From positions 1-45,776 of the forward strand of contig JAUSFV010000020.1 in NCBI GenBank assembly GCA_030649305.1: 45,776 nucleotides of DNA, in the 5' to 3' direction. Numbering within the stretch: the stretch's first letter is position 1; each line of letters begins with the position of its first letter. This DNA is from a bacterium. GTDB taxonomy: Bacteria > Patescibacteriota > Minisyncoccia > Sungbacterales > GWA2-42-14. Position numbers and translations under genes: made by a program. Below, piece after piece: positions 1 to 7,696 of this stretch. The notes beneath the pieces are model-generated. The model had not been told where the DNA came from. It saw only the letters and a list, made by a program, of their open reading frames with translations, and did not search any database.

Positions 1-375
1 GACGCAACGGTGTATCCCGAAAAAATTGTGAGCGGCTACTTTGGGCCAAAAACCCTTGCCGCGGTCAAGCGATTTCAGAAAAAATACGGCATTTCACCCG
101 TATCCGGAATAGTGGGACCCCTTACGCGCGCCAAATTAGCAGAATTGTATGGTGGCGCGGTAACTCCAGCAACTCCCGCGGTGCCAACCGAAGCTCCCGC
201 AGTTCCGGCAACGCCGGCACAACCCGCAAACGCCGCGCAGATCAGCGAGTTGCAGGCGCTCATTCAGTCGCTCCAATCACAGTTGAATGCGCTATCAGCA
301 CCGAAGCCATCGGGAGGCAGCACCTCCGGCGGTTGCAACACAGCACTTAATTCCAACCTCATCTGTCTGCCGTAA
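1..375 (+). CDS. Peptidoglycan-binding (PG_binding_1-like) domain protein, 5-prime partial (frame open to window start), with Ala/Pro-rich linker and Cys-containing C-terminus
   Basis: Translation DATVYPEKIVSGYFGPKTLAAVKRFQKKYGISPVSGIVGPLTRAKL matches the PG-binding motif; the ORF caller started at an internal GTG; stop TAA 373-375. Confidence 0.6.
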   Translation, partial: DATVYPEKIVSGYFGPKTLAAVKRFQKKYGISPVSGIVGPLTRAKLAELYGGAVTPATPAVPTEAPAVPATPAQPANAAQISELQALIQSLQSQLNALSAPKPSGGSTSGGCNTALNSNLICLP

Positions 376-396
376 TCATTCCGATTTGTTTATTCC

Positions 397-428
397 AAAA
401 CCCCGCACAAGCGGGGTTTTGCGTTTTT
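397..428 (+). terminator. Rho-independent terminator (AAAACCCCGC-ACAA-GCGGGGTTTT then GCGTTTTT)
   Basis: 10-bp GC-rich stem plus T-run directly after the stop codon. Confidence 0.65.
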
Positions 429-442
429 AAAATTTCCTTTAT

Positions 443-500
443 GTCAAGACGAAATCTCGACAGTTAGGGTGTGGATAACTTGTCGAGATTTCGTCTTGAC
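443..500. repeat. REP-like hairpin copy 1 (20-bp perfect stem GTCAAGACGAAATCTCGACA / TGTCGAGATTTCGTCTTGAC, 18-nt loop)
   Basis: Perfect inverted repeat read directly; identical arms recur at 1228-1285, and the right arm alone at 6513-6532. Confidence 0.8.
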
Positions 501-531
501 AAAGAAAAGACGCTTAGGATACATTTTGCGT

Positions 532-1251
532 ATGCCCAGAGAGCGATTTGTTATCGACAATTATTATCATGTATATAATCGAGGCGTAGAAAAGCTGCCG
601 ATTTTTACGAATGATAACGATCGGAAGCGTTTTGTAAAAGCCCTCTATCTTTTAAATGATACAAATGTCGGGTCCGTGCATCTTTCTCGTCTCGATGAAC
701 ATATTATTTCACGAAAAAATAGAAATCCGCTTGTTTCGGTTGTGAGTTGGTGTTTAATGCCAAATCATTTTCATTTATTGCTTCAACAGCGCGTTGAGGG
801 AGGAATCAGCAAATTTATGCAACGGTTAGGTATCGCTTATTCAATGTATTTCAATACTCGTTACGAACGATCCGGAGTTTTGTTTCAGGGAGTTTTTAAG
901 TCGCGGGCAGTCATGGATGAAACATATTTTACGCATCTGAGTCGTTATATTCATTTAAATCCTCTGGAATTACGATATAAAAATTGGGAAAAGAATGGAG
1001 TTTCAGATATTGATGATGCTTGGGATTTTTTGGTGAATTACCATTGGTCAAGTTTATCGGCATATTTGAGTGATAAGAAGGGCGGAGAGCAGTTTTTTTC
1101 TAAAATTATTGATGAACCATCTATTTTATTTCGTCTTTTTGAAAATAATCCGAAGCAATACAAACTTTTTATTGAGAATTGGATAAAAAAAGGCCTTCAG
1201 GGTTTTGATGGGAATATGTTCGGAACTGTCAAGACGAAATCTCGACAATAG
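532..1251 (+). CDS. HUH Y1 tyrosine transposase, RAYT / IS200-like (PF01797-type)
   Basis: Motifs NHFHLLLQQ (HUH) and SRYIHLNPLELR (the catalytic Tyr Y(I/V)xxNP motif typical of RAYT/IS200 TnpA); likely start is ATG 532 (MPRERF...), because the caller's upstream extension MWITCRDFVLT is just a translation of the REP hairpin. Confidence 0.8.
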   Translation: MPRERFVIDNYYHVYNRGVEKLPIFTNDNDRKRFVKALYLLNDTNVGSVHLSRLDEHIISRKNRNPLVSVVSWCLMPNHFHLLLQQRVEGGISKFMQRLGIAYSMYFNTRYERSGVLFQGVFKSRAVMDETYFTHLSRYIHLNPLELRYKNWEKNGVSDIDDAWDFLVNYHWSSLSAYLSDKKGGEQFFSKIIDEPSILFRLFENNPKQYKLFIENWIKKGLQGFDGNMFGTVKTKSRQ

Positions 1252-1285
1252 GGGTGTGGATAACTTGTCGAGATTTCGTCTTGAC
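1228..1285. repeat. REP-like hairpin copy 2 (same 20-bp arms, loop ATAGGGGTGTGGATAACT); overlaps the transposase stop codon TAG 1249-1251
   Basis: Read directly. Confidence 0.8.
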
Positions 1286-1392
1286 ATGGGGTTGGGCGGA
1301 GAAGTTGACACGAAAAAATGGTCGGAGTACGATGAAAAAAATGAAAAAAAATATTGTAAAATTTGGGGCAAAAAAATTCTGTAGATAACTAG

Positions 1393-1599
1393 ATCCGCAA
1401 CCACATCACCCCCGACGGCGATGCAACCGTATCCGGCCTCTACCTTTCCGGTTCACACGCCGACATCGGCGGTTTGGCCTTTCGTGACAATACCATCGGC
1501 ATAAACGCACTGCCGCCCTCCACCCTCACCATAACCGCGCCGATAGATATAGACGGCTCAAACATCATCAAAACCCTCCCGCCCGATTTGTTGCCGTAG
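1393..1599 (+). other. Start-less 68-codon ORF, C-rich and higher in GC than its surroundings (IRNHITPDGDATVSGLYLSGSHADIGGLAFRDNTIGINALPPSTLTITAPIDIDGSNIIKTLPPDLLP); possible gene remnant
   Basis: Open frame from stop TAG 1390-1392 to TAG 1597-1599 with no in-frame ATG; beta-strand-like repeat composition; lies next to the REP/RAYT element. Confidence 0.25.
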
Positions 1600-1619
1600 G
1601 TGGTTAGCATGAACTGGGC

Positions 1620-1647
1620 TTGACAAGTTTTTTTAGTATGATACTAT
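1620..1647 (+). promoter_or_regulatory. Putative sigma70 promoter (TTGACA, 16-nt spacer, TACTAT)
   Basis: Consensus -35 with an acceptable -10 about 50 nt upstream of the AAGGAGG RBS of the 1699 gene. Confidence 0.4.
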
Positions 1648-1698
1648 ATACCCAGTACGTCGACATGCTAAAAAAGACGAAAAAAGGAGGCAAAACGA

Positions 1699-2037
1699 AT
1701 GGTTTTACACAAGATTCAACTTCGGGGTGGAAAGCAGATTGTAGTTGAGCGGAAAAAGAAAAACGTTTTCGTTGTTGTTGATGATAACTTTACGGCAAAA
1801 AACGGCAACCGTTTGGGCGATAAGATTTTACGGTGTTTTGAAAAATGGGATAGCGAAGTTGAGGATCTTGATCGCGGTTTCAGCGATACAGCAAGTTGTT
1901 TTAAGGGCTCTTCTGAACATCTTAAGTGGCAGGATGTTGATCTTACTCCTAATAAATTCGTTACTTCGACGCTGAAGAAGTTAAAAGAGGCGTTTTCGCA
2001 TGTTACCCTCGCGGCATATTGTCCCGGAGATCTGTAA
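1699..2037 (+). CDS. Hypothetical protein (112 aa)
   Basis: Strong RBS AAGGAGG 8 nt upstream of the ATG; no recognisable domain. Confidence 0.5.
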   Translation: MVLHKIQLRGGKQIVVERKKKNVFVVVDDNFTAKNGNRLGDKILRCFEKWDSEVEDLDRGFSDTASCFKGSSEHLKWQDVDLTPNKFVTSTLKKLKEAFSHVTLAAYCPGDL

Positions 2038-2544
2038 TTGCTTTCTTTAATGACACAGAAAGGAGGAGGCGTGGGCAAACACGAAGACGGTAGTGATTCG
2101 GTGAGTCAGCAAAGGCCACCTTTGGGCTCGATACCTTTTTTCCATCAGGCCTATGAGGGCAAAGATCGGTGCCTCTATTGCGGGAAGTTTGTTATCGATT
2201 GGAGGGCTATGGAGTTGTGCCATGCCCGGGATCGTTTGCTGCTCTATTTGCTTTTGAGTCATCGGAACATTTTAAACCAAACACGTAGTCTTGTGGTTGC
2301 CGCGGCAGACGAATGGGAGGCGCGGCACATTGCATATAATTATAGCAAAACTAACTCCGAGGAATTAAGACAAGAGAGTAAGATTCCTTTTAGCCCGACT
2401 ATCGGTTACCACGATCCTTTGCCGCGTTCTCATGAAGAAAATCCCGATATTTGGTTTACTGTCGCAACATGTTTTCCCATCGGTCTCGCAGGGTACGGCA
2501 TGAAGTCCGGTATTGTTCTTGTGGATACTCTTGAAATATCGTAA
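2038..2544 (+). CDS. Hypothetical protein (168 aa) with a Cys-x2-Cys ... Cys-His cluster; start uncertain
   Basis: ORF abuts the previous gene; terminator follows. Confidence 0.4.
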   Translation: MLSLMTQKGGGVGKHEDGSDSVSQQRPPLGSIPFFHQAYEGKDRCLYCGKFVIDWRAMELCHARDRLLLYLLLSHRNILNQTRSLVVAAADEWEARHIAYNYSKTNSEELRQESKIPFSPTIGYHDPLPRSHEENPDIWFTVATCFPIGLAGYGMKSGIVLVDTLEIS

Positions 2545-2549
2545 TGTGC

Positions 2550-2586
2550 GCCCCGCGCCTTTTCGGCTCGGGGCTTTTATTTTTTA
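2550..2586 (+). terminator. Rho-independent terminator (GCCCCGCGCC-TTTTC-GGCTCGGGGC then a T-run)
   Basis: 10-bp stem with one mismatch followed by TTTTATTTTTTA. Confidence 0.6.
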
Positions 2587-2658
2587 TACGGATTCGGCGG
2601 GGTTAACGGGCGATAATTTTTATACAATAATTTTATTTTCCGTCAATACTCAAGGGTA

Positions 2659-2686
2659 TTGACACTTTTTTTATTTGATGTATATA
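2659..2686 (+). promoter_or_regulatory. Putative sigma70 promoter for the flotillin gene (TTGACA, 16 nt, TATATA)
   Basis: Read directly; about 80 nt upstream of the RBS GGAAAGGAGAG. Confidence 0.4.
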
Positions 2687-2768
2687 TAATAATGCTCTCG
2701 ACGCATGGCGTTGGGAGGACGTACTTTCACAACCCCTACCTTCGGGTAAGGAAAGGAGAGCGGAGAAT

Positions 2769-4151
2769 ATGTTGCAGTATCTTCCTGGGATAGGAATCAC
2801 AGTACTTCTGGTTGCGGGTGTTGCGCTGGCAATATTCATCGCCACTCTGTTTCGCGTTGTTGTGCCGACCAATATGGTCCATATCGTGCAGTCGCGCAAG
2901 CAGACGACTCCGTATGGAACCGGACAGGGCTCGGGCAACGTCTATTTTAAATGGCCGAGTTGGGTGCCATATTTCGGCATTAACGTTATTAAATTACCCG
3001 TGTCTAACTTTGACCTTTCGCTTAATGGGTATGAGGCCTACGATAAGGATCGAGTTCCGTTCATGGTTGATGTTGTCTCATTCTTCCGAATCAAGGATAC
3101 GGCGGTTGCCGCTCGGCGGGTTGTGAGCGTTCAGGAGTTGGAAGATCAGCTTTCGAAAATCGTACAGGGCGCTGTTCGTAAGGTTCTCGCATCGGATGTT
3201 ATCGATAATATCATGCTTGAGCGGGCAAAGTTTGGCACAGAATTCACCGAAGAGGTGAGGGAACAACTGATGGAGTGGGGCGTTGAGCCGGTTAAGTCCA
3301 TGGAGCTCATGGATATTCGCGATAGCCATGACAGCAAGGTTATTGCCAATATTATGGCAAAGAAGACCTCGCATATTGAGATGGAAAGCAGGACGGAAGT
3401 CGCAAACAATCTGAAGAACGCGCAAACGGCGGAAATTAATGCGAAGCAGCTTGTTGATATTAGGCAGCAGGAGGCCGAGCAGGCGGTTGGTGAGCGTACG
3501 GCCCTAAAGGATCAGCAGGTCGGTATCGCCAAAGAGAAATATCTTCAGGAAGTTGCGACTCAGAAAAAAGAGACAAAAACGCGCGATATGGATGTAAAGC
3601 AGGTTGAGCAGGTTAGGGAAGCAGACATTACCAAGGAAAAACAGGTTGTGGCCGCCAAGCAGGAAGCGGAAACCACAGTTATCAAAGCTGAAGGGGCGTT
3701 GAGTGCGAAGCGTAAAGAGGCCCAAGGCATTGAGGCAGAGGGCCTTGCTAAAGCTGAAGCTGAAAAAGCTATGAAGATGGCTCCGGTGACGGCACAGATT
3801 GCTCTTGCGCAAGAGATCGGCGAGAATGAGGGGTATCAGAAGTACCTCGCGATTATCGAGGCGCTCAAGGCTCACATCGTTGTTGGAAGCAAGCAGGCGG
3901 AAGCTTTGCAGGATGCCCAAATCAAGATTATTGCGAATACCGGCAAACCAATTGAGGGCGTTTCGAGTGTCATGGATCTTTTCTCCACTAAGGGCGGCAC
4001 GGAGCTCGCGGGTATGGTTGAGGCATTCGCTCAGACACCGCTTGGTGGGGCAGTTCTTGCTCAGTTGGGTATCAAAGAAGATGTGCCGAACGCGGATGCG
4101 GGTAAGGTATTCAAGGTATCAGGAGGAGAAACTCCTAAGGCCAAGGCGTAA
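2769..4151 (+). CDS. Flotillin-like SPFH/Band-7 domain protein with an N-terminal TM segment and a long EA-rich coiled coil
   Basis: N-terminal hydrophobic helix, an SPFH region (FMVDVVSFFRIKD...), then Glu/Ala/Lys-rich repeats typical of FloT/YuaG. Confidence 0.85.
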   Translation: MLQYLPGIGITVLLVAGVALAIFIATLFRVVVPTNMVHIVQSRKQTTPYGTGQGSGNVYFKWPSWVPYFGINVIKLPVSNFDLSLNGYEAYDKDRVPFMVDVVSFFRIKDTAVAARRVVSVQELEDQLSKIVQGAVRKVLASDVIDNIMLERAKFGTEFTEEVREQLMEWGVEPVKSMELMDIRDSHDSKVIANIMAKKTSHIEMESRTEVANNLKNAQTAEINAKQLVDIRQQEAEQAVGERTALKDQQVGIAKEKYLQEVATQKKETKTRDMDVKQVEQVREADITKEKQVVAAKQEAETTVIKAEGALSAKRKEAQGIEAEGLAKAEAEKAMKMAPVTAQIALAQEIGENEGYQKYLAIIEALKAHIVVGSKQAEALQDAQIKIIANTGKPIEGVSSVMDLFSTKGGTELAGMVEAFAQTPLGGAVLAQLGIKEDVPNADAGKVFKVSGGETPKAKA

Positions 4152-4171
4152 TATTATATTTTAAGGAAATT

Positions 4172-4206
4172 AGCGCTTCTGAGAAATCAGCAGCGCTTTT
4201 TTATTA
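4172..4206 (+). terminator. Terminator hairpin (AGCGCTTCTG ... CAGCAGCGCT) followed by TTTTTTATTA
   Basis: Read directly after the flotillin stop. Confidence 0.5.
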
Positions 4207-4247
4207 TAATTCCGCATTAATCCGCTAAGGGCGGACTTGTAACGCTC

Positions 4248-4275
4248 TTGACAGGGTTTCCGGTCTTTCTATAAT
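4248..4275 (+). promoter_or_regulatory. Sigma70 promoter of groESL (TTGACA, 16 nt, TATAAT)
   Basis: Perfect consensus hexamers. Confidence 0.6.
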
Positions 4276-4280
4276 GAGGA

Positions 4281-4307
4281 TTAGCAGTCGAAGCATTACT
4301 CTGCTAA
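4281..4307 (+). promoter_or_regulatory. Degenerate CIRCE-like HrcA operator (TTAGCAGTC-N9-CTCTGCTAA)
   Basis: Resembles the CIRCE consensus TTAGCACTC-N9-GAGTGCTAA; sits immediately downstream of the -10, as in classical groE operons. Confidence 0.5.
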
Positions 4308-4315
4308 TTAACCAA

Positions 4316-4380
4316 CAACAAACAACTAATAACCAACAACAAAATCATGGTGGTCAGTTGTCGGTTGTCAGTTGTCGGTT
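4316..4380. repeat. CAACAA-rich block (4310-4346) plus a (NNGTTGT)x3.7 heptamer tract (4355-4380) in the groES leader
   Basis: 19-mer CAACAAACAACTAATAACC (4316-4334) is the near-perfect reverse complement of 4729-4747 downstream of groES. Confidence 0.6.
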
Positions 4381-4393
4381 AGGGTTTTCAATA

Positions 4394-4699
4394 ATGAAAT
4401 TACAAATAAGACCCTTAGGCGATAGGGTGTTGATTGAGCCCGAATCGCGGGAAAAAGATAAAACAAAGTCGGGGATTTATCTGCCCGATACGGCATCTAA
4501 AGAACGGCCGGAGAAAGGGAAGGTTATTGCTGTGGGGCAGGGGAAGCTTCTTGAATCGGGTAAGCGTATTCCGATGAACGTAAAAAAAGGCGACACCGTA
4601 CTTTTTACGAAGTACGGTCCGAATGAACTCAAGGTCGAGGGAAAGGAGTATTTGATTGCGCGGGAGGAAGACATACTCGCTATTATAACCAACAACTAA
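4394..4699 (+). CDS. groES: Co-chaperonin GroES (Hsp10)
   Basis: [16 protein letters not shown]...[16 protein letters not shown] is canonical GroES; the caller's 4274 start is an upstream extension across the operator. Confidence 0.92.
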   Translation: MKLQIRPLGDRVLIEPESREKDKTKSGIYLPDTASKERPEKGKVIAVGQGKLLESGKRIPMNVKKGDTVLFTKYGPNELKVEGKEYLIAREEDILAIITNN

Positions 4700-4760
4700 T
4701 CACTTACCACCAACAACAAATCGGACGCGGTTGTTAGTTGTTTGTTGTAAGTTGTAAGTT
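4687..4760. repeat. groES-groEL intergenic CAACAA block plus a heptamer tract (GGTTGTT AGTTGTT TGTTGTA AGTTGTA AGTT)
   Basis: 7-nt periodic repeat; 4729-4747 is the inverted partner of 4316-4334. Confidence 0.6.
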
Positions 4761-4768
4761 AATAAAAT

Positions 4769-6451
4769 ATGCCGAAGCAGATTTTATTCGAAGAACAGGC
4801 AAAACAGGCAATTAAGCGCGGGGTTGATCAGTTGGCTAATGTCGTGAAAATTACGCTTGGGCCGAAGGGACGGAACGTGGTGCTTGATAAGGGATACGGA
4901 GGCCCCACGATTACGAATGACGGCGTGACAATTGCAAAAGAAATTGAATTGGAAGATAAAATTGAAAATCTTGGCGCGGAACTCGTAAAAGAGGTCGCAT
5001 CAAAAACAAATGACGTGGTGGGTGATGGCACGACAACGTCGGTTGTTTTAGCGCAGGCGATTATTGATAAGGGATTGAAGCACACGGCGCTTGGTTTAAA
5101 TCCGGTTGGTTTGCGGCATGGGCTTGAATTTTGGGCTCAAAAAATTACCGCGGAACTTTCGTCTTCAAAAATTGCACGGCCTGTCAAAACCAAGGAAGAA
5201 ATTAAGCAGGTTGCGGTTATTTCTGCGGAATCGGTAGAACTTGGCGAAATTATCGCGGAAACCATTGAAAAAGTAGGGAAAGACGGGGCGGTGACCGTTG
5301 AGGAATCGCAAGGCACGGGCATTGAAAAAGAAATTGTTGAAGGGTTGCAGTTTGACCGCGGGTACGTTTCGCCGTACATGATTACGAATGCCGAGCGGAT
5401 GGAATCGGTATTTAATGATCCGCATATTTTGATTACGGATAAAAAAATATCAAGTATTCAAGATATTTTGCCGATATTGGAGAAGCTCGCAAAAATGGGG
5501 CATAAAGAACTTGTGCTTATTGCAGAAGACGTGGAGGGCGAGGCATTGGCAACGCTCGTGGTAAATAAACTCCGCGGAGGGTTCAGTGCGCTTGCGGTAA
5601 AGGCGCCGGGATTTGGGGACAAAAGAAAAGAGATGTTGGAAGATATTGCAGTGGTTACGGGTGGAAAAGTTATTTCGGAAGATGTCGGCTTGAAGTTGGA
5701 CAAAGTGGAAATTGAGATGCTGGGACATGCACGCAAGGTTATCGCAGGGAAGGACAACACGACGGTTGTCGGCGGTAAAGGAAAAAAACAGGATATTGAA
5801 AAGCGCATTAAGCAGATTCGCGCGGAAATTGAGAATACGAGTTCCAAATATGACAAAGAAAAATTGGAAGAACGTTTGGCAAAACTCTCGGGCGGGGTTG
5901 CGATTATTCGCGTGGGGGCCGCAACCGAGACCGAGATGAAATATATTAAACTTAAAATTGAAGATGCGGTTGCGGCAACGAAAGCCGCTGTGGCAGAGGG
6001 TATTGTGCCGGGTGGCGGAACTGCGCTCATTAAAGCGGCAACGCTCGTGGAAGAAGATGTTCGGTTGAAGGAGGAGAAATCAAAAGAAAAGCTGGGGGCA
6101 CCTTGGGTTATTCGAGAATCGGAAGCGGCTCGCGATATATTATTTCGCGCACTTGAAGAGCCCTTGCGGCAGATTGTGGCAAATGCGGGCCGTGAAGATG
6201 GCGCGGTAGTGGTGAATTATGTTCGCGAGGCAGTAAAAAAAGATGCGAAATCAAGCGCGGGTTATAACGCGCTTGCGGATGAAATGGTGCCAGATATGTT
6301 CAAGCGGGGTATTGTGGATCCCCTTAGAGTTGTGCGTTCCGCGTTTCAGAATGCGGTATCGGTTGCGGCAATGCTTTTGACGACCGAGGCCGTGGTGGGG
6401 GAATTGCCGAAGAAAGAAACGCCGCAAACGCCGCAGATGCCGGAATACTAA
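4769..6451 (+). CDS. groEL: Chaperonin GroEL (Hsp60)
   Basis: Full-length canonical GroEL sequence (…DGTTTATVLA-type motifs, 560 aa). Confidence 0.97.
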   Translation: MPKQILFEEQAKQAIKRGVDQLANVVKITLGPKGRNVVLDKGYGGPTITNDGVTIAKEIELEDKIENLGAELVKEVASKTNDVVGDGTTTSVVLAQAIIDKGLKHTALGLNPVGLRHGLEFWAQKITAELSSSKIARPVKTKEEIKQVAVISAESVELGEIIAETIEKVGKDGAVTVEESQGTGIEKEIVEGLQFDRGYVSPYMITNAERMESVFNDPHILITDKKISSIQDILPILEKLAKMGHKELVLIAEDVEGEALATLVVNKLRGGFSALAVKAPGFGDKRKEMLEDIAVVTGGKVISEDVGLKLDKVEIEMLGHARKVIAGKDNTTVVGGKGKKQDIEKRIKQIRAEIENTSSKYDKEKLEERLAKLSGGVAIIRVGAATETEMKYIKLKIEDAVAATKAAVAEGIVPGGGTALIKAATLVEEDVRLKEEKSKEKLGAPWVIRESEAARDILFRALEEPLRQIVANAGREDGAVVVNYVREAVKKDAKSSAGYNALADEMVPDMFKRGIVDPLRVVRSAFQNAVSVAAMLLTTEAVVGELPKKETPQTPQMPEY

Positions 6452-6461
6452 GAAATAAGTA

Positions 6462-6496
6462 AAACACCGTCTCCATCGGGAGGCGGTGTTTTTTAT
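6462..6496 (+). terminator. Rho-independent terminator (ACACCGTCTCC-ATCG-GGAGGCGGTGT then TTTTTT)
   Basis: Read directly. Confidence 0.7.
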
Positions 6497-6502
6497 AGAG
6501 AT

Positions 6503-6532
6503 GTGGATAACTTGTCGAGATTTCGTCTTGAC
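6503..6532. repeat. Solo partial REP copy: loop fragment GTGGATAACT (6503-6512) plus the right arm TGTCGAGATTTCGTCTTGAC (6513-6532), with no left arm
   Basis: 30/30 identity to the 3-prime part of the hairpins at 443-500 and 1228-1285. Confidence 0.7.
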
Positions 6533-6574
6533 AGGGGTTGCGGGGGGACAGACGCGAGGGTACCATAAGAACAT

Positions 6575-7129
6575 ATGGGAATTGTTTGGGTTATTGTCGG
6601 TATTTTTGTGTTTCTCGGCTTTGCGGTTGCGGGGGTTTATAATTCGCTGGTGCGTTCACGAAACCGCGCGGAAGAAGCATGGTCCGATATTGAAGTGCAG
6701 ATGAAACGGCGTTATGATTTAATTCCGAATGTCGTCGCAACGGTGAAGGGATACGCGGCACACGAAAGCGGGGTTTTTGAGCGGGTAACGCAGGCGCGCA
6801 CAACCGCTATGGGTGCTAAAACCGCGGAGGAACACGCGAAAGCCGAGAATATGCTTTCTAATACTCTGAAAACCCTTTTTGCGGTTGCGGAAAATTATCC
6901 TGACCTCAAAGCAAACGCGAATTTTCTTGACTTACAGCGGGAACTCGCGGATACTGAAAATAAGATACAGGCGGCACGGAGATTCTACAATGGCAACGTG
7001 CGCGATTTGAATATTAAAATAGAATCGTTTCCGACGAATTTTATCGCAGGACCTTTCGGATTCAAAAAACTTGAGTTCTTTGATCTCGAAAACGATGCCG
7101 CAAAAGAACCGGTGAAGGTAAGTTTTTAA
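6575..7129 (+). CDS. lemA: LemA family protein
   Basis: N-terminal TM helix, then KRRYDLIPNVV, ENYPDLKAN and the C-terminal FPTNFIAGPFGF signature of LemA. Confidence 0.85.
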   Translation: MGIVWVIVGIFVFLGFAVAGVYNSLVRSRNRAEEAWSDIEVQMKRRYDLIPNVVATVKGYAAHESGVFERVTQARTTAMGAKTAEEHAKAENMLSNTLKTLFAVAENYPDLKANANFLDLQRELADTENKIQAARRFYNGNVRDLNIKIESFPTNFIAGPFGFKKLEFFDLENDAAKEPVKVSF

Positions 7130-7133
7130 AAAT

Positions 7134-7487
7134 ATGACGAAATCATTAGAACAACCAATTTTTTCAGAAAACGGAGAAGGAAGCAAAAACCAGCGGTTTG
7201 AAGAACTCGTTAAAGATTTCGTTGAGGAGAGTTCTTTGTTTCCCGAAAGAAAATTAAATCAAAATGAAGATTTAGACATTATAAGAGCGATTGAAAATAA
7301 CAAGATTGCTCTTTATCTTGGCAATTTGGCAAAGGACAAAGTATTGGATGCGGTGCATCGCTTGGTTGCTATTTATGATGAATTGGGTAGAGATAAACCG
7401 GATGAGAACTTTAAATTTTTTTGGTATGGCGCTCTTAGTTTCGGTTCCCCCATTCACACCAATAAGCGAGGCATAATTATTTTTTGA
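7134..7487 (+). CDS. Hypothetical protein (117 aa), co-oriented with lemA 4 nt downstream
   Basis: ORF only. Confidence 0.4.
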   Translation: MTKSLEQPIFSENGEGSKNQRFEELVKDFVEESSLFPERKLNQNEDLDIIRAIENNKIALYLGNLAKDKVLDAVHRLVAIYDELGRDKPDENFKFFWYGALSFGSPIHTNKRGIIIF

Positions 7488-7544
7488 GAGCATGCGGAGG
7501 CGAGGAGAACAAATGGTGGAGCAAAGCGAAGAGGGAAGCGGTGG

Positions 7545-7566
7545 CTCTCCGACCGCAGTCGGAGAG
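7545..7566. repeat. Hairpin CTCTCCGAC-CGCA-GTCGGAGAG (member of the CCGACCGCRGTCGG family)
   Basis: Read directly; related copies at 11426-11443 (opposite orientation) and 27326-27345. Confidence 0.6.
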
Positions 7567-7662
7567 AACAACGAGGGTTCCCTGAGCTTTGCGGCTCCAT
7601 TTGTCCGAGTCGTAGCCCCTGCTCGAAAAAATAATTATGCCTCGCTTATCCACACCCGCCTC

Positions 7663-7690
7663 TTGACATATTTTTTCATCTGAGTATAAT
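7663..7690 (+). promoter_or_regulatory. Near-consensus sigma70 promoter (TTGACA, 16 nt, TATAAT) about 415 nt upstream of rpoB
   Basis: Read directly. Confidence 0.6.
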
Positions 7691-7696
7691 GGAGTG

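Larger units (their letters stand above)
443..1285 (+). mobile_element. REPtron-like unit: REP hairpin - HUH Y1 transposase (RAYT/IS200-like) - REP hairpin
   Basis: Identical hairpins bracket the transposase gene and the 3-prime hairpin overlaps its stop codon; a solo partial copy lies 5 kb away. Confidence 0.55.

Noticed and set aside
469-531. N-terminal extension MWITCRDFVLTKKRRLGYILR of the transposase ORF, and the 72-aa ORF 6486-6704 beginning MFFIEMWITCRDFVLT
   Set aside because: Both are translations of the REP hairpin right arm. The real transposase start is ATG 532, and 6486-6704 is spurious.
4274-4393. 120-nt upstream extension of groES ([23 protein letters not shown]...)
   Set aside because: It runs through the promoter -10, the CIRCE element and the heptamer repeats. 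GroES begins at the conserved MKLQIRP.
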